From: a virus
Taxonomy: Duplodnaviria > Heunggongvirae > Uroviricota > Caudoviricetes
IMG/VR virus record: IMGVR_UViG_3300006217_000002
Length of the DNA: 64,000 nucleotides
Direction: 5' to 3' (one strand)
Shown here: positions 19,181 through 28,817 of the stretch, piece after piece
Numbering within the stretch: position 1 is the stretch's first letter
Layout of the letters: each line of letters begins with the position of its first letter
Program-made: the position numbers and the translations under genes
Notes under the pieces: generated by a model
The model's input: only the letters and a program-made list of their open reading frames with translations
Databases searched by the model: none
Told to the model about the DNA's origin: nothing

Positions 19181-21514
19181 ATGCCAAATATGCAAAGTGA
19201 TATTATAGATCGTCTTGCTGCTAGTATTGCTGACGATGTCGGTAATACCCATGAAGATGAAATAGAATCTATATCCAGTACATTTGATAAAACTTTAACT
19301 TCTGCATTATCAGCATTTAAATCATCTACATTCGACGATGATGGTTTCGTTAAAAAAATGCAGGATTATGATACTGGAAATAATACAGATAAAGAATCTA
19401 TCAAAAATGTTCTTAACAATGTTAGGAGTGACTATGTTAATGTAGAAACATTAAATCAAAGCGAATTGCTGCTAAGGAGAGATATATACAACGTATGTAC
19501 TCAGATGGCAGAAATGCATGATGTAATAAACGTAGTAAGAGATTCTATTATCGAATGTAACGTTTCAACAGGAGAAGTATCAAGATCAATTGTATTTGAA
19601 AATCATGAAGATAATGAAGCATATGAAAGCCAGGTTAATGAAATAGAAAAACGTCATGATTTATTAATGGCAATTAAAAACTTTATTGTTCCAAAAACAT
19701 TGATGCATGGTGAAATGTATGTTCAACGTGTTCCATATGCGAAATTATTTGCTGAAATTGAAGCAGCTAGAGAAGTCAAATATAATGGAAGTACAGAAAA
19801 TTTCAATAGTACAAAAACTTCTACGTTTAGAGAAAGTATTCCTAATAGCGTAATGGGAGAATTTAAAGAACCTATATCATTGATGACAGAAAGCAATCTC
19901 AATGCGCTGATGGAATCAGTATCTCCAATATCAAACGTAGATTCAGTAAATGATTTCAAAGTATCCAATACGGATCCGTCTATTGATAGAAACCTTAAAC
20001 CAGATACACTTGCTAAGGATAATATCACATCTATTCTTGAAAATATTAATGTGTATAATGGGTCATCAGTATTATTAGCAGAGATGGGTCCTGATGCAGC
20101 TAAAGAATTACTTTTAAAAGAATATAAAGATAGTAATTCTAATAATAAAGGTAACAAATATACGCATTTCTCAGAAGCATCTATGTCTTTCAATAAAGCT
20201 AGTGCTGGTGGTGGAATGTTTAAAAATATTGATCAGGATACTATCGATTATAAGAGTTATTCTGATATAAAAGGTGTATACATAAAATATCTTGACGGTC
20301 TGAGAATGATTCCTATTAGAATAGATAGAAGGATTATTGGGTATTATTATGTATCTACTACGATGGATCTACAAATGAATTCAGCTCAGCCAAATGGAAT
20401 GGTAGATCTTTCTTATCAGAATTATACAAGAGATCGTAAGATGGTCGACAGACTAGCCAATATTATCATACAATCATTCGATAAGAAGATATTAGATCGT
20501 AATATCAAATTAAAGAATGAAATTGTTGAAATAATTATGGCTCATAAATTCAGTGAGGGAAGATTAAGCTTTATATATATTCCTGAAAGTGAAGTTGAAC
20601 GTTTCGTAATTAATGAAGATGAAAATGGTAAAGGACATTCTATTCTTGAACCTACTTTGTTTTCTGCACGTAACTATTTGATGCTTAACCTCTACAATAT
20701 TCTTTATACGTTAAACAATAACACTACTAGAATTCATTATGTAAAATCTAGTGGTTTAAATAAAGATTATGCATCTCAGGTTCAACGTACAATGAGAAAG
20801 TTCCAATCTCGACGTATCACTATAGACGATATTTACTCATATTCTGGAGTATTGAATAAAGTTGGTGGTATGGGAGAAATGGTACTTCCTGCTGGTAGAA
20901 ACGATTACAAAGCTCTTGAAACAGATACTATTGAAGCAGTTAATAATCCAATCGATATAGAGTTTTTGGAACAGCAGCGAAGACAAGCTATATCTGGCAC
21001 AGGAGTTCCAAATCTTCTCGTTATAAATGCTATCGACGAAGTTGATTTCGCTAAGACTTTAGAAATGGCAAATACGAGATTCCTTTCAACTGTATCTTCA
21101 TACAAGATTGATTTTAATCGTTCATTGACTAAGTTTTATCAGCATCTACTTAAGTGGGAAACTGATTTAGATGACGATATCATTCAATCTTTCAGATTCC
21201 AGTTTAATGCCATTAAGCAACCCGAATTAGTTATTACTGCTGATATGATTCAAAATTTCAATTCAATGGTTGAAATGGTAGGTGCAATATATTATAAGAA
21301 AACTGAATTGGAAGATAAGGATGGAAATCCTACAGCCAAACAGATGATCCTTCGTAAAGAACTTGCTAAGGAATATTTACCTCAGCTTGATTTTGATAAA
21401 CTTGATGAAATTGTTAAACGAGTAGATCTATTATCGACTGATGATCAGCTTCAGGATAAGGTTAACAAAGCTAGTATCTCTGAAGAAGATCTTACTGAAG
21501 TTGAGGAAAGCTAA
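19181..21514 (+). CDS. Portal protein (jumbo-phage type)
   Basis: 777 aa; INVVRDSII, KTLMHGEMY, GKGHSILEP, RIHYVK, AISGTGVP, DEVDFAKTL pattern of T4 gp20-like portals; head-gene context. Confidence 0.75.
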   Translation: MPNMQSDIIDRLAASIADDVGNTHEDEIESISSTFDKTLTSALSAFKSSTFDDDGFVKKMQDYDTGNNTDKESIKNVLNNVRSDYVNVETLNQSELLLRRDIYNVCTQMAEMHDVINVVRDSIIECNVSTGEVSRSIVFENHEDNEAYESQVNEIEKRHDLLMAIKNFIVPKTLMHGEMYVQRVPYAKLFAEIEAAREVKYNGSTENFNSTKTSTFRESIPNSVMGEFKEPISLMTESNLNALMESVSPISNVDSVNDFKVSNTDPSIDRNLKPDTLAKDNITSILENINVYNGSSVLLAEMGPDAAKELLLKEYKDSNSNNKGNKYTHFSEASMSFNKASAGGGMFKNIDQDTIDYKSYSDIKGVYIKYLDGLRMIPIRIDRRIIGYYYVSTTMDLQMNSAQPNGMVDLSYQNYTRDRKMVDRLANIIIQSFDKKILDRNIKLKNEIVEIIMAHKFSEGRLSFIYIPESEVERFVINEDENGKGHSILEPTLFSARNYLMLNLYNILYTLNNNTTRIHYVKSSGLNKDYASQVQRTMRKFQSRRITIDDIYSYSGVLNKVGGMGEMVLPAGRNDYKALETDTIEAVNNPIDIEFLEQQRRQAISGTGVPNLLVINAIDEVDFAKTLEMANTRFLSTVSSYKIDFNRSLTKFYQHLLKWETDLDDDIIQSFRFQFNAIKQPELVITADMIQNFNSMVEMVGAIYYKKTELEDKDGNPTAKQMILRKELAKEYLPQLDFDKLDEIVKRVDLLSTDDQLQDKVNKASISEEDLTEVEES

Positions 21515-21516
21515 GA

Positions 21517-21528
21517 AACAAGTTCTTA
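21517..21528 (+). promoter_or_regulatory. Putative late promoter AACA-N6-TA
   Basis: AACAAGTTCTTA. Confidence 0.5.
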
Positions 21529-21567
21529 AATTAATGCCTTATTTAAAGAAAAGGAGGAATGACAATA

Positions 21568-22257
21568 ATGAGCGAAGTTAAGTATCCTACAGGGCTTGAT
21601 GATAACAAAATCAATAGCAAGTACCAATCGTTATTGGCTAATAATAAAAAGACGATAAATAGCGATGGAGAAGATATTAAAGATATTCCTCATGATAAAC
21701 CTGCATCGGCTGGAGTTAAATCTGAAGATATGATGCATGGAGATCTGATGAATTTCACACAGATTCTTGAAGCTCTTGATGTTATTAATAGTTCTATGGG
21801 CGAATTATCTGCAGATGTAGGAAATGAAACTATTGATTCTACACCATCTGGTGAAATTGACATGGATGAACTTGTAGAGGAACTGAATAAGATATTTACT
21901 CCTGTACTTGTAATGCAAAGCATGGAGAAAGATATTTCTGATAAAGCTAATTCTGAAATATCTGAAGCTACAGTTCTTACAGAAAGAAATATGATTAGCT
22001 TTGATGATCCTGCTAGAATGGCTCAGTTACGTTCTGTATGTGCTTTAATTATTGCACGTAAAAAGAATACTGAAAAATGGCAGATTTATCAGAAAGCTGC
22101 AAACATTAAAACCAGTGCTAAGTTGGATATACAGAAAGAAGAATACGATGCAGCAGAAATGCTTGCTCAAAAGTATTTAGTCAAAGTATCTACGACTAGT
22201 AACTCATCTGTTGCTAGAGATGCTGCGAATGAACTTCTGCCCCAAACTCAACACTAG
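21568..22257 (+). CDS. Putative head protein
   Basis: RBS spacing favours ATG 21568; ILE|A and ISE|A motifs. Confidence 0.55.
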   Translation: MSEVKYPTGLDDNKINSKYQSLLANNKKTINSDGEDIKDIPHDKPASAGVKSEDMMHGDLMNFTQILEALDVINSSMGELSADVGNETIDSTPSGEIDMDELVEELNKIFTPVLVMQSMEKDISDKANSEISEATVLTERNMISFDDPARMAQLRSVCALIIARKKNTEKWQIYQKAANIKTSAKLDIQKEEYDAAEMLAQKYLVKVSTTSNSSVARDAANELLPQTQH

Positions 22258-22317
22258 GTTAACATAGAGAATTAATAACTCTAAATAAAAATCTATAGAA
22301 AAGGAGATTGAATCATT

Positions 22318-23394
22318 ATGGCTAAAACATTCAAAGATTTTGTGCTGGAGTGTGAGATGTATCCCCACTCCAAGGAGAATTATGATCTGATGAAAGAATG
22401 TGCTGAACTTGGAATTATGGAAAAGTACTTGGAGGATCAGAAATTCTATCAGGAACATAAGGAACAGCTTACTGCAGGAGATATTGCTATCACAGAGAGT
22501 TATTTTGCAGAAGCTGTTGATGAAAATACTATGGAAGCATTTACGGAGAAATATAAAGCAGCTTCTAATAGCATTAGCGGAAAGATTAAGAATGGTCTGA
22601 AGAGAATTCTGAAAACTTTTGCTAATCTTTTTGCGAAGATTGGAAATAAGTTTGATGAAACTACTTCTGCTGGACAGAATGTTCTTAAGAAGCTCAACGG
22701 TATGAAGCTTACAGATGAACAGGTTGCTGATATCAAGAAGATCGTAGACAATGCCAAGGGTAAAGATACTTCTAATTTCCCTGTAGCTCCTAATCAGCCT
22801 TATCTGAAGCATATCAAACTTCAGTATGTATCTGCAGATAATACATTTAGTGAGCTGAAGAATGATCTTGCTGCAGCTTTATCTGATAAGGTAGTAGTTG
22901 CTAGTGTATTCGCTAACAAGGATGGTACCAACATCGATACAAGTACTATTGGTGCAGTTCCTGTTGAAACTATCAGAGATACATGTTATGCTGTTATCAA
23001 TGGTGATAAACATAAGATCGTTGGCGCTCTTCAGGCGTTATCAAGTACATGGCTTGATGTAAAGAAGAACGGTATGAAGATCAATGTCAATACTAAGCAG
23101 ATCGATAAGAACGCTCAGGAATTGAACGATATTTGTTCCAAGATTGAGCAGATGGGTCAGGAGAATGCTCAGATGGCAGGTGCTATTGCAGGAGCTGTTA
23201 ATAATGCTGCTGGTGGAGATGGCGCTGTAGGAGCCAAAGTTATGAACGATATGAATGATGCTTACAGCAAGATCACGAGTTGCATTGGGCAGTCTACTCG
23301 TATCTATACTAAGCTCAATGCATATCGTAGCAGTGTGATTGTTGGATTAAGCAACTATCTTAAGTCTGCTAAAGAAAGTAATAGTAGCAAGTAA
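22318..23394 (+). CDS. Putative head-internal protein
   Basis: MAKTFKDFVLE leader, ITE|SYFAE|A, then amphipathic helix; N-terminus paralogous to the next gene. Confidence 0.6.
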   Translation: MAKTFKDFVLECEMYPHSKENYDLMKECAELGIMEKYLEDQKFYQEHKEQLTAGDIAITESYFAEAVDENTMEAFTEKYKAASNSISGKIKNGLKRILKTFANLFAKIGNKFDETTSAGQNVLKKLNGMKLTDEQVADIKKIVDNAKGKDTSNFPVAPNQPYLKHIKLQYVSADNTFSELKNDLAAALSDKVVVASVFANKDGTNIDTSTIGAVPVETIRDTCYAVINGDKHKIVGALQALSSTWLDVKKNGMKINVNTKQIDKNAQELNDICSKIEQMGQENAQMAGAIAGAVNNAAGGDGAVGAKVMNDMNDAYSKITSCIGQSTRIYTKLNAYRSSVIVGLSNYLKSAKESNSSK

Positions 23395-23416
23395 TAATAA
23401 ACAAAATGTGCCTACT

Positions 23417-23448
23417 TTAGAGGAGAGGTTATATAACCTCTCCTCTAA
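23417..23448. terminator. Perfect 32-bp palindrome
   Basis: TTAGAGGAGAGGTTAT|ATAACCTCTCCTCTAA. Confidence 0.75.
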
Positions 23449-23474
23449 TTTATATGGAAGGAGGAAATTATTTC

Positions 23475-24863
23475 ATGGATTATGAAAATATGACACTTAA
23501 AGATTTCATTGAATTTACAGAAATCTATGAATATTCTCAGGATCATTATTTGATGGAAAAGATGTTTATGGAAATGAATCTTATAAAATTACATCTTGAG
23601 TCATATCAATTCCTATTAGAAAGTTCAGATGTATCATTATCTCAGCTTGATGTATTGATGGTTGAAAGCGGTGTAAACGATAAATCACTATATACGGAGC
23701 AATTATTTATTGAGAAAGGTAATGCTATCTCTAATGGTGTAAAGAAAATGTTTAATATGGTAGGAAAAGCTATCTCTTCATTATTTAGAGGAGTTGGGAA
23801 AACATTTTCTAGCAAGAACAAACAGATTGCTGAACTTGAAGCTAGAAATCAGAAACAGGCTCAGGTTATACAAGACGTAGCAATTCTTGCTGATGCAGCT
23901 GGAGCTCGTAAAAAGGCAGAAGATGTAGCAGATGCAGCTAATGAGGCAGCTGGAGCTATGAAACAACAGTTAGAGAGAATTATTGAGCATTTCAATAACA
24001 ATATTGGTGGTGGAGGTGCAAAGATTCTCCCTATTGCTGGCATTGATCATGAAAGTGCAATTCGTGTAATTCTTGAATTTGCTAATAAGCAATCTGGGTC
24101 AGTTCTTACAAATCCTCAAATTAATATTTATGATGCTATCTGTCAGAAAGAATATGAAGTTGAGGGATTAGCTATGATTGCTAATATTGAAAACATTATT
24201 GATGAAATCTCTGATGTAATTGATATTAGCGAAGAAAATGCATCAGGAGTTGCATACAATTCTGCTAAGTTGTTACAGAAGATGGGCCCTAAGTATATTG
24301 ATAGAATCAATAAAATTTGCAATAACATAGAAGCTTCTACCAAAAAGAATGCAAAATTTAAGATGAGTGATGAAAGTATTAAAAAGAAACTTGATGCTGC
24401 TGAAAAACTTAATAGAATCTTCTCAGAGCTTGCTGATTTTACTGATGTAGGTGAAATGGTTATGGGTAATCCGATCAATAACCTTATCAATAGATTTGGT
24501 AAAGATACTCCTGAACAAGCGAGAAAAGCATCCGAAGCTGGTAACAATGCTGCTATGAGAGCTAAGAACGATCCAGATATGAAGTTCAAACCTCAAATGA
24601 AAAACGTTAACGGCGCTAGAGAATTAGTTGCTCATAATATTAAGAAGGCAGACTTCTTGAAGAATTATCCTGCGTATCTTAATGTATTAAATAAATTGGC
24701 AGTTAAGTTACAATCAGCTGCTGCTGAAATGAGTAAAGCTTTAACATCACATATCAATTTCAGGAATGCAGTTATTAAGGCTCATGCTGAATTGACTAAT
24801 AGTGTGGATAAAGTAATTTCAGCATCTAAGAAATCTGAATCCAAATCTGAAGGAAATGAATAA
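23475..24863 (+). CDS. Putative head-internal protein (leader paralogous to 22318)
   Basis: MTLKDFIEFTEIYEYSQDHY vs KTFKDFVLECEMYPHSKENY; HLE|S, LLE|S, MVE|S. Confidence 0.6.
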   Translation: MDYENMTLKDFIEFTEIYEYSQDHYLMEKMFMEMNLIKLHLESYQFLLESSDVSLSQLDVLMVESGVNDKSLYTEQLFIEKGNAISNGVKKMFNMVGKAISSLFRGVGKTFSSKNKQIAELEARNQKQAQVIQDVAILADAAGARKKAEDVADAANEAAGAMKQQLERIIEHFNNNIGGGGAKILPIAGIDHESAIRVILEFANKQSGSVLTNPQINIYDAICQKEYEVEGLAMIANIENIIDEISDVIDISEENASGVAYNSAKLLQKMGPKYIDRINKICNNIEASTKKNAKFKMSDESIKKKLDAAEKLNRIFSELADFTDVGEMVMGNPINNLINRFGKDTPEQARKASEAGNNAAMRAKNDPDMKFKPQMKNVNGARELVAHNIKKADFLKNYPAYLNVLNKLAVKLQSAAAEMSKALTSHINFRNAVIKAHAELTNSVDKVISASKKSESKSEGNE

Positions 24864-24867
24864 AATT

Positions 24868-24909
24868 AATAATATGATAGGGACATATGTCCCTATCATA
24901 TTATTTTTT
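24868..24909 (+). terminator. Perfect 38-bp palindrome terminator
   Basis: AATAATATGATAGGGACAT|ATGTCCCTATCATATTATT plus T run. Confidence 0.85.
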
Positions 24910-24969
24910 CATCCAACTTCATATTAAATTTAAGAGTAATAAATATGAAAGAAAAGGAAGGTAAATAAG

Positions 24970-26472
24970 ATGGATATGTTATTAGAATCTACTTTAAACT
25001 TAGATCCATTTAAGTCCTTAAATAACTTTATGTTTGAAGAGTTTGATCCAGTTGAATTCTTCAAATGTGATGGATTTAATGATATTATCATGGAAGCTAC
25101 AGATGGTGCAACTAAGAAGAACATCTTCTCTAGACTGATAAACATGATTGCAAAGGCTGGAGAATGGATTAAAGAACGTATCAAAAACTTAGTTCTTGGT
25201 ATTAAAAAATTAGCAGCTGGGAGAGCTAAAACTTCAAATCAAATATTGAGAGAAGTTGGTGTAAAGAAACATGCTGTAAAGAGAGATGCAGCAGACCCAA
25301 ATGATCCTAATACTCCGATAGATGCTGCAGAGTCTTTATATTCTAGCTTTATAGAAGGATTTGCAGCAGATGGAATTATGATTAATATAGCTGCATTAGT
25401 AGCTGCAGATGTTCAAAAAGCTCCTATTAAAGGAAAAGAAATATATGCAGGAGGTGCTAGAGCATCGCAGGTTATAGGATTAATATTAGATCCTAGACCT
25501 ATAGATGAATATATTGATCTATTTAAAAGATTAACAAAAGAGTTTGGAATTAGAAATGTTAAAGCTGCAGATATAGATAGATTAAATAAACTATGTGAAG
25601 ACTTTTCAGGCAGGCCTTCAGCTCTTGATTATGCAGCAGATGCAATTAACCAAAAAGTTCGTAAGAAATATGAACTTGTAAGAATTAGTATTGATGAGTT
25701 ATTACAATTTCAAATTAAAGTTGATGAAATGTGTAAATTAACCGAAGAATTTGATAACCAATTCAAAGCTTTAAATATAAACCTTGGAGACAAAGGCAAT
25801 GCAGCAGGATTGATTAGAAAACATTATATGGATATTCTCAACAATCTAGCTTGGGTATGTGTTAATTTGCAAGGAGGTCTACATGCTATTGCAAATGGTA
25901 TGCAGGGAATATATCATGTAGATCCTGGTTATTGGAATTCTATCAATGATCCAAACCAGTTAGCAAAATTTGTTGAAGAATGTATGAAAACCGGTATGCC
26001 TGGTAAATACATTGTAAATAATATCTACCATGTGTGTGATGAATCTCTAAAAGGAAATCCTAATATTGAAAAACCTATTATGGGATTCGGCAGACTTACT
26101 CTTATTCCTAAAGGGGATATAATCTATAAAGTTGCTATAAATAGATATGGTGTGCGTAGTAATAAAAACGATTATAGGGTAATGGATGCTGTAAAAGGAA
26201 AACCTATAGAAAGTATGTTTGCTTTTACAACTAAAACATATGGTGATTATACTATCAACGTAATGGAGAAAGTTCAGGCTGGTAAAGAAAATGAACCTAC
26301 TCCTATGGAAGCTAGTGAACTCGGTAAAAAAATTAATCAAGAATTAGAGAAAGATGGAGTTGGATTTAGTATCTATGATATTAAAGCCGATGCATTTGGC
26401 AAAAAGAATGGTAAATTTGTAATTCTTGATTACGGATATTTACAAAGAAGAAATTATAATGCACAAAAATAA
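24970..26472 (+). CDS. Putative head-packaged protein with C-terminal kinase-like domain (paralog 1)
   Basis: GFGRLTL..YKVA..GVRSNKND..YDIKADAF..ILDYG; LLE|S and IME|A leader. Confidence 0.65.
   Translation: MDMLLESTLNLDPFKSLNNFMFEEFDPVEFFKCDGFNDIIMEATDGATKKNIFSRLINMIAKAGEWIKERIKNLVLGIKKLAAGRAKTSNQILREVGVKKHAVKRDAADPNDPNTPIDAAESLYSSFIEGFAADGIMINIAALVAADVQKAPIKGKEIYAGGARASQVIGLILDPRPIDEYIDLFKRLTKEFGIRNVKAADIDRLNKLCEDFSGRPSALDYAADAINQKVRKKYELVRISIDELLQFQIKVDEMCKLTEEFDNQFKALNINLGDKGNAAGLIRKHYMDILNNLAWVCVNLQGGLHAIANGMQGIYHVDPGYWNSINDPNQLAKFVEECMKTGMPGKYIVNNIYHVCDESLKGNPNIEKPIMGFGRLTLIPKGDIIYKVAINRYGVRSNKNDYRVMDAVKGKPIESMFAFTTKTYGDYTINVMEKVQAGKENEPTPMEASELGKKINQELEKDGVGFSIYDIKADAFGKKNGKFVILDYGYLQRRNYNAQK
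25084..25136 (+). repeat. 53-bp exact direct repeat, copy 1
   Basis: ATTATCATGGAAGCTACAGATGGTGCAACTAAGAAGAACATCTTCTCTAGACT, identical to 28902-28954. Confidence 0.95.
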
Positions 26473-26475
26473 ATG

Positions 26476-26508
26476 GTATAAGAGCGGAGGATTACTCCGC
26501 TCTTATAC
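26476..26508. terminator. Terminator hairpin
   Basis: GTATAAGAGCGGAG-GATTA-CTCCGCTCTTATAC. Confidence 0.8.
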
Positions 26509-26568
26509 ATGTTTCATAATTGCAAACATTAATTAGTAAAGTATTTAAAAAAGAAAGGATGAGATAAT

Positions 26569-27003
26569 ATGATAAATGGAACTTATCTTATGCCTAGGGT
26601 GCAAGAAGAAAGTAGATGTAGAACATCTAAGGATTATCAGTTTACAGATACAGGAATTTATAAAGTTCATTCTACAGCATTGATGCCTAATGTTTATTTT
26701 GATGAGGCTGCTGAAGAAAATAAATCTATAGATGATACTATATTCGTCAATGATGAAAGTACACAATTGATATTTCAGAGACAGATAAAACAACAAAATT
26801 ATCTGACCTGCCAGTTTATAGGTAGAGCTCCACTAGAGTGGTATAATGATGGAGAGTATACCAAGATGGGCAGAGAGTTTATAATGGTATGTAAAGGTGG
26901 AAACCCAGGAGCTAACTATAGAGTATTTGGAACTGAAGCAGCTATTAGAGGATATAATAGAGATGCAGGTTCAAATATAACCATGCCAGGTGGAGGTGAA
27001 TAA
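26569..27003 (+). CDS. Hypothetical protein (possibly baseplate-associated)
   Basis: 144-aa ORF coupled to the next gene. Confidence 0.6.
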   Translation: MINGTYLMPRVQEESRCRTSKDYQFTDTGIYKVHSTALMPNVYFDEAAEENKSIDDTIFVNDESTQLIFQRQIKQQNYLTCQFIGRAPLEWYNDGEYTKMGREFIMVCKGGNPGANYRVFGTEAAIRGYNRDAGSNITMPGGGE

Positions 27004-27005
27004 TA

Positions 27006-27389
27006 ATGGATCACAATTGGATAGATAAATTTATAAAATATGGGCAAGATGCAACTTTATCTTTGAAGAATTTTTATGAAACATTATTGATAGCTGATAA
27101 TGTTAACAGTGATCATATATACAGAGCACCATTTTATGATTTCTTTATCGAGCATGCTAAAGAGTTTGAAAAAACCATCCAATATTATAATCTACCTCAA
27201 CATATGTTTTATAGGCCAAAAACATTAGCATTTGAGGTGTATGGTACTACTGAAATGTGGCTTCCTATTTTACGAGTAAATGGGATGGTTAATATAACAG
27301 AATTTCATCAACCGATCATAAAGTTATATAATCCAAATGCTATTACTGGATTAATAGAAATATTCTTTAAACGTGAAGGAAAATATTAA
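27006..27389 (+). CDS. LysM-like baseplate wedge protein (T4 gp53-like)
   Basis: YRPKTLAFEVYGTTEMWLPILRVN resembles the gp53/LysM RP..la..lYG...lwW.il..N motif. Confidence 0.65.
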   Translation: MDHNWIDKFIKYGQDATLSLKNFYETLLIADNVNSDHIYRAPFYDFFIEHAKEFEKTIQYYNLPQHMFYRPKTLAFEVYGTTEMWLPILRVNGMVNITEFHQPIIKLYNPNAITGLIEIFFKREGKY

Positions 27390-27394
27390 AATTC

Positions 27395-27422
27395 CAATGG
27401 TCGTGGGATCCCACGACCATTG
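27395..27422. terminator. Perfect 28-bp palindrome
   Basis: CAATGGTCGTGGGA|TCCCACGACCATTG. Confidence 0.7.
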
Positions 27423-27476
27423 ATCTATTCTATTACCTCTGGTTACATTTAATTAATTCGAAAGGAAGTGATAAAA

Positions 27477-28799
27477 ATGTTACCTAATAATTATAGTGTA
27501 AACCCATCTCAAGCAAATCCTAATATTAAATTAGAAGGGGTTCAATTTGAAACTAATGTCGGTGCTAATTACGGTGAACATATTACAAATACAGGAGCAG
27601 TGTGTAATACATCAGCATCTCATACATATGGTAATGTGATGGCAGTTATTGAAAAATACGTACTTGATTTATTTAGGAATATTGATTTCAAAACAGTTAC
27701 TACAAGTACAACTCTTTCTAGTAGACAACTATCTCATCTACCATCTCAATTACAAAAGAAAGAGATGCCTATAATGGTATTAGTTCCAAGAATATCATTC
27801 GGTCAAGATGATAATAGATTCTTAGGTCATACAATAATGAATGATAATATAACTAATACACATTCATTTTGGGGAAATGGATCTTTATTAGAACTAGCTA
27901 AAGACCCAAGAAAAAATGTATATATTCATGGACATTACAACAGAGCAGTGATATATGTAGATGTTATCATGTCATTTAACACGTATGCAGAACAGACTAA
28001 TGTTGCATCTCAGTTATTCAATATGATAGGTATTGGTCATAATAGAACTATACGCGCTCCACTTGAATTATTTATCCCTAATGACTTCTGCTATCTAATT
28101 TCAAATATTACTGACATACCAATGAAAAGTGAAGATGGATCTGTATACGATTTCATGACTTATATGAATACTATATGGCATCATCCAATAACTTATAAAC
28201 TTAAAGGCGGATCTAATACTGATGAATTCTTTATGTATTATCTTGCCGATATTGATACAGTGTTACAAGATCCTCAGGCAGGAGCAGGCATAAAAGATGG
28301 GCAGATCAGAAGAGCATTTGACCTATCTTTTACCGTAAGATGTGATTTTAATACAATAAGTTATTTTACACTAAACTCTCCGAAAATAAAGAAGGATATT
28401 CATATTCCTAACAAAGACGATTTAGCAATAGTATCAATGTTCTCTGATGTTATTAATCTTGATGATTTTGCTTTACCGATTGGATGGTCTATTTTAAGTT
28501 GGCCAATATTTAAACTAGAGAAAGGAGAGAATACTATATCTATAGATTCTATCCTTAATCAATCATTAAGGCTTGTAATAGATCATCATTTAAAATTTGG
28601 CATTCCTATGGAAAGATTTATCAGAATAGAATTCCGCGAAAATGGTCAGATATTAAACAATGAGATGTATTACATTGATTGGAATCAGAGAATTTTAAAT
28701 ATAGTAAATCCAAACTATAGACGTACTTATAGATTATTGGTTACAGTATCACATGAATATGTGAATAATCTAATCAAGGATCTTTATAACCTTGAATAG
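27477..28799 (+). CDS. Putative virion structural protein (neck/tail-completion-like)
   Basis: About 440 aa, beta-rich; late-type motif TACA-N6-TA at 27444-27455. Confidence 0.45.
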   Translation: MLPNNYSVNPSQANPNIKLEGVQFETNVGANYGEHITNTGAVCNTSASHTYGNVMAVIEKYVLDLFRNIDFKTVTTSTTLSSRQLSHLPSQLQKKEMPIMVLVPRISFGQDDNRFLGHTIMNDNITNTHSFWGNGSLLELAKDPRKNVYIHGHYNRAVIYVDVIMSFNTYAEQTNVASQLFNMIGIGHNRTIRAPLELFIPNDFCYLISNITDIPMKSEDGSVYDFMTYMNTIWHHPITYKLKGGSNTDEFFMYYLADIDTVLQDPQAGAGIKDGQIRRAFDLSFTVRCDFNTISYFTLNSPKIKKDIHIPNKDDLAIVSMFSDVINLDDFALPIGWSILSWPIFKLEKGENTISIDSILNQSLRLVIDHHLKFGIPMERFIRIEFRENGQILNNEMYYIDWNQRILNIVNPNYRRTYRLLVTVSHEYVNNLIKDLYNLE

Positions 28800-28817
28800 G
28801 AAAGGAGGAATGACATC

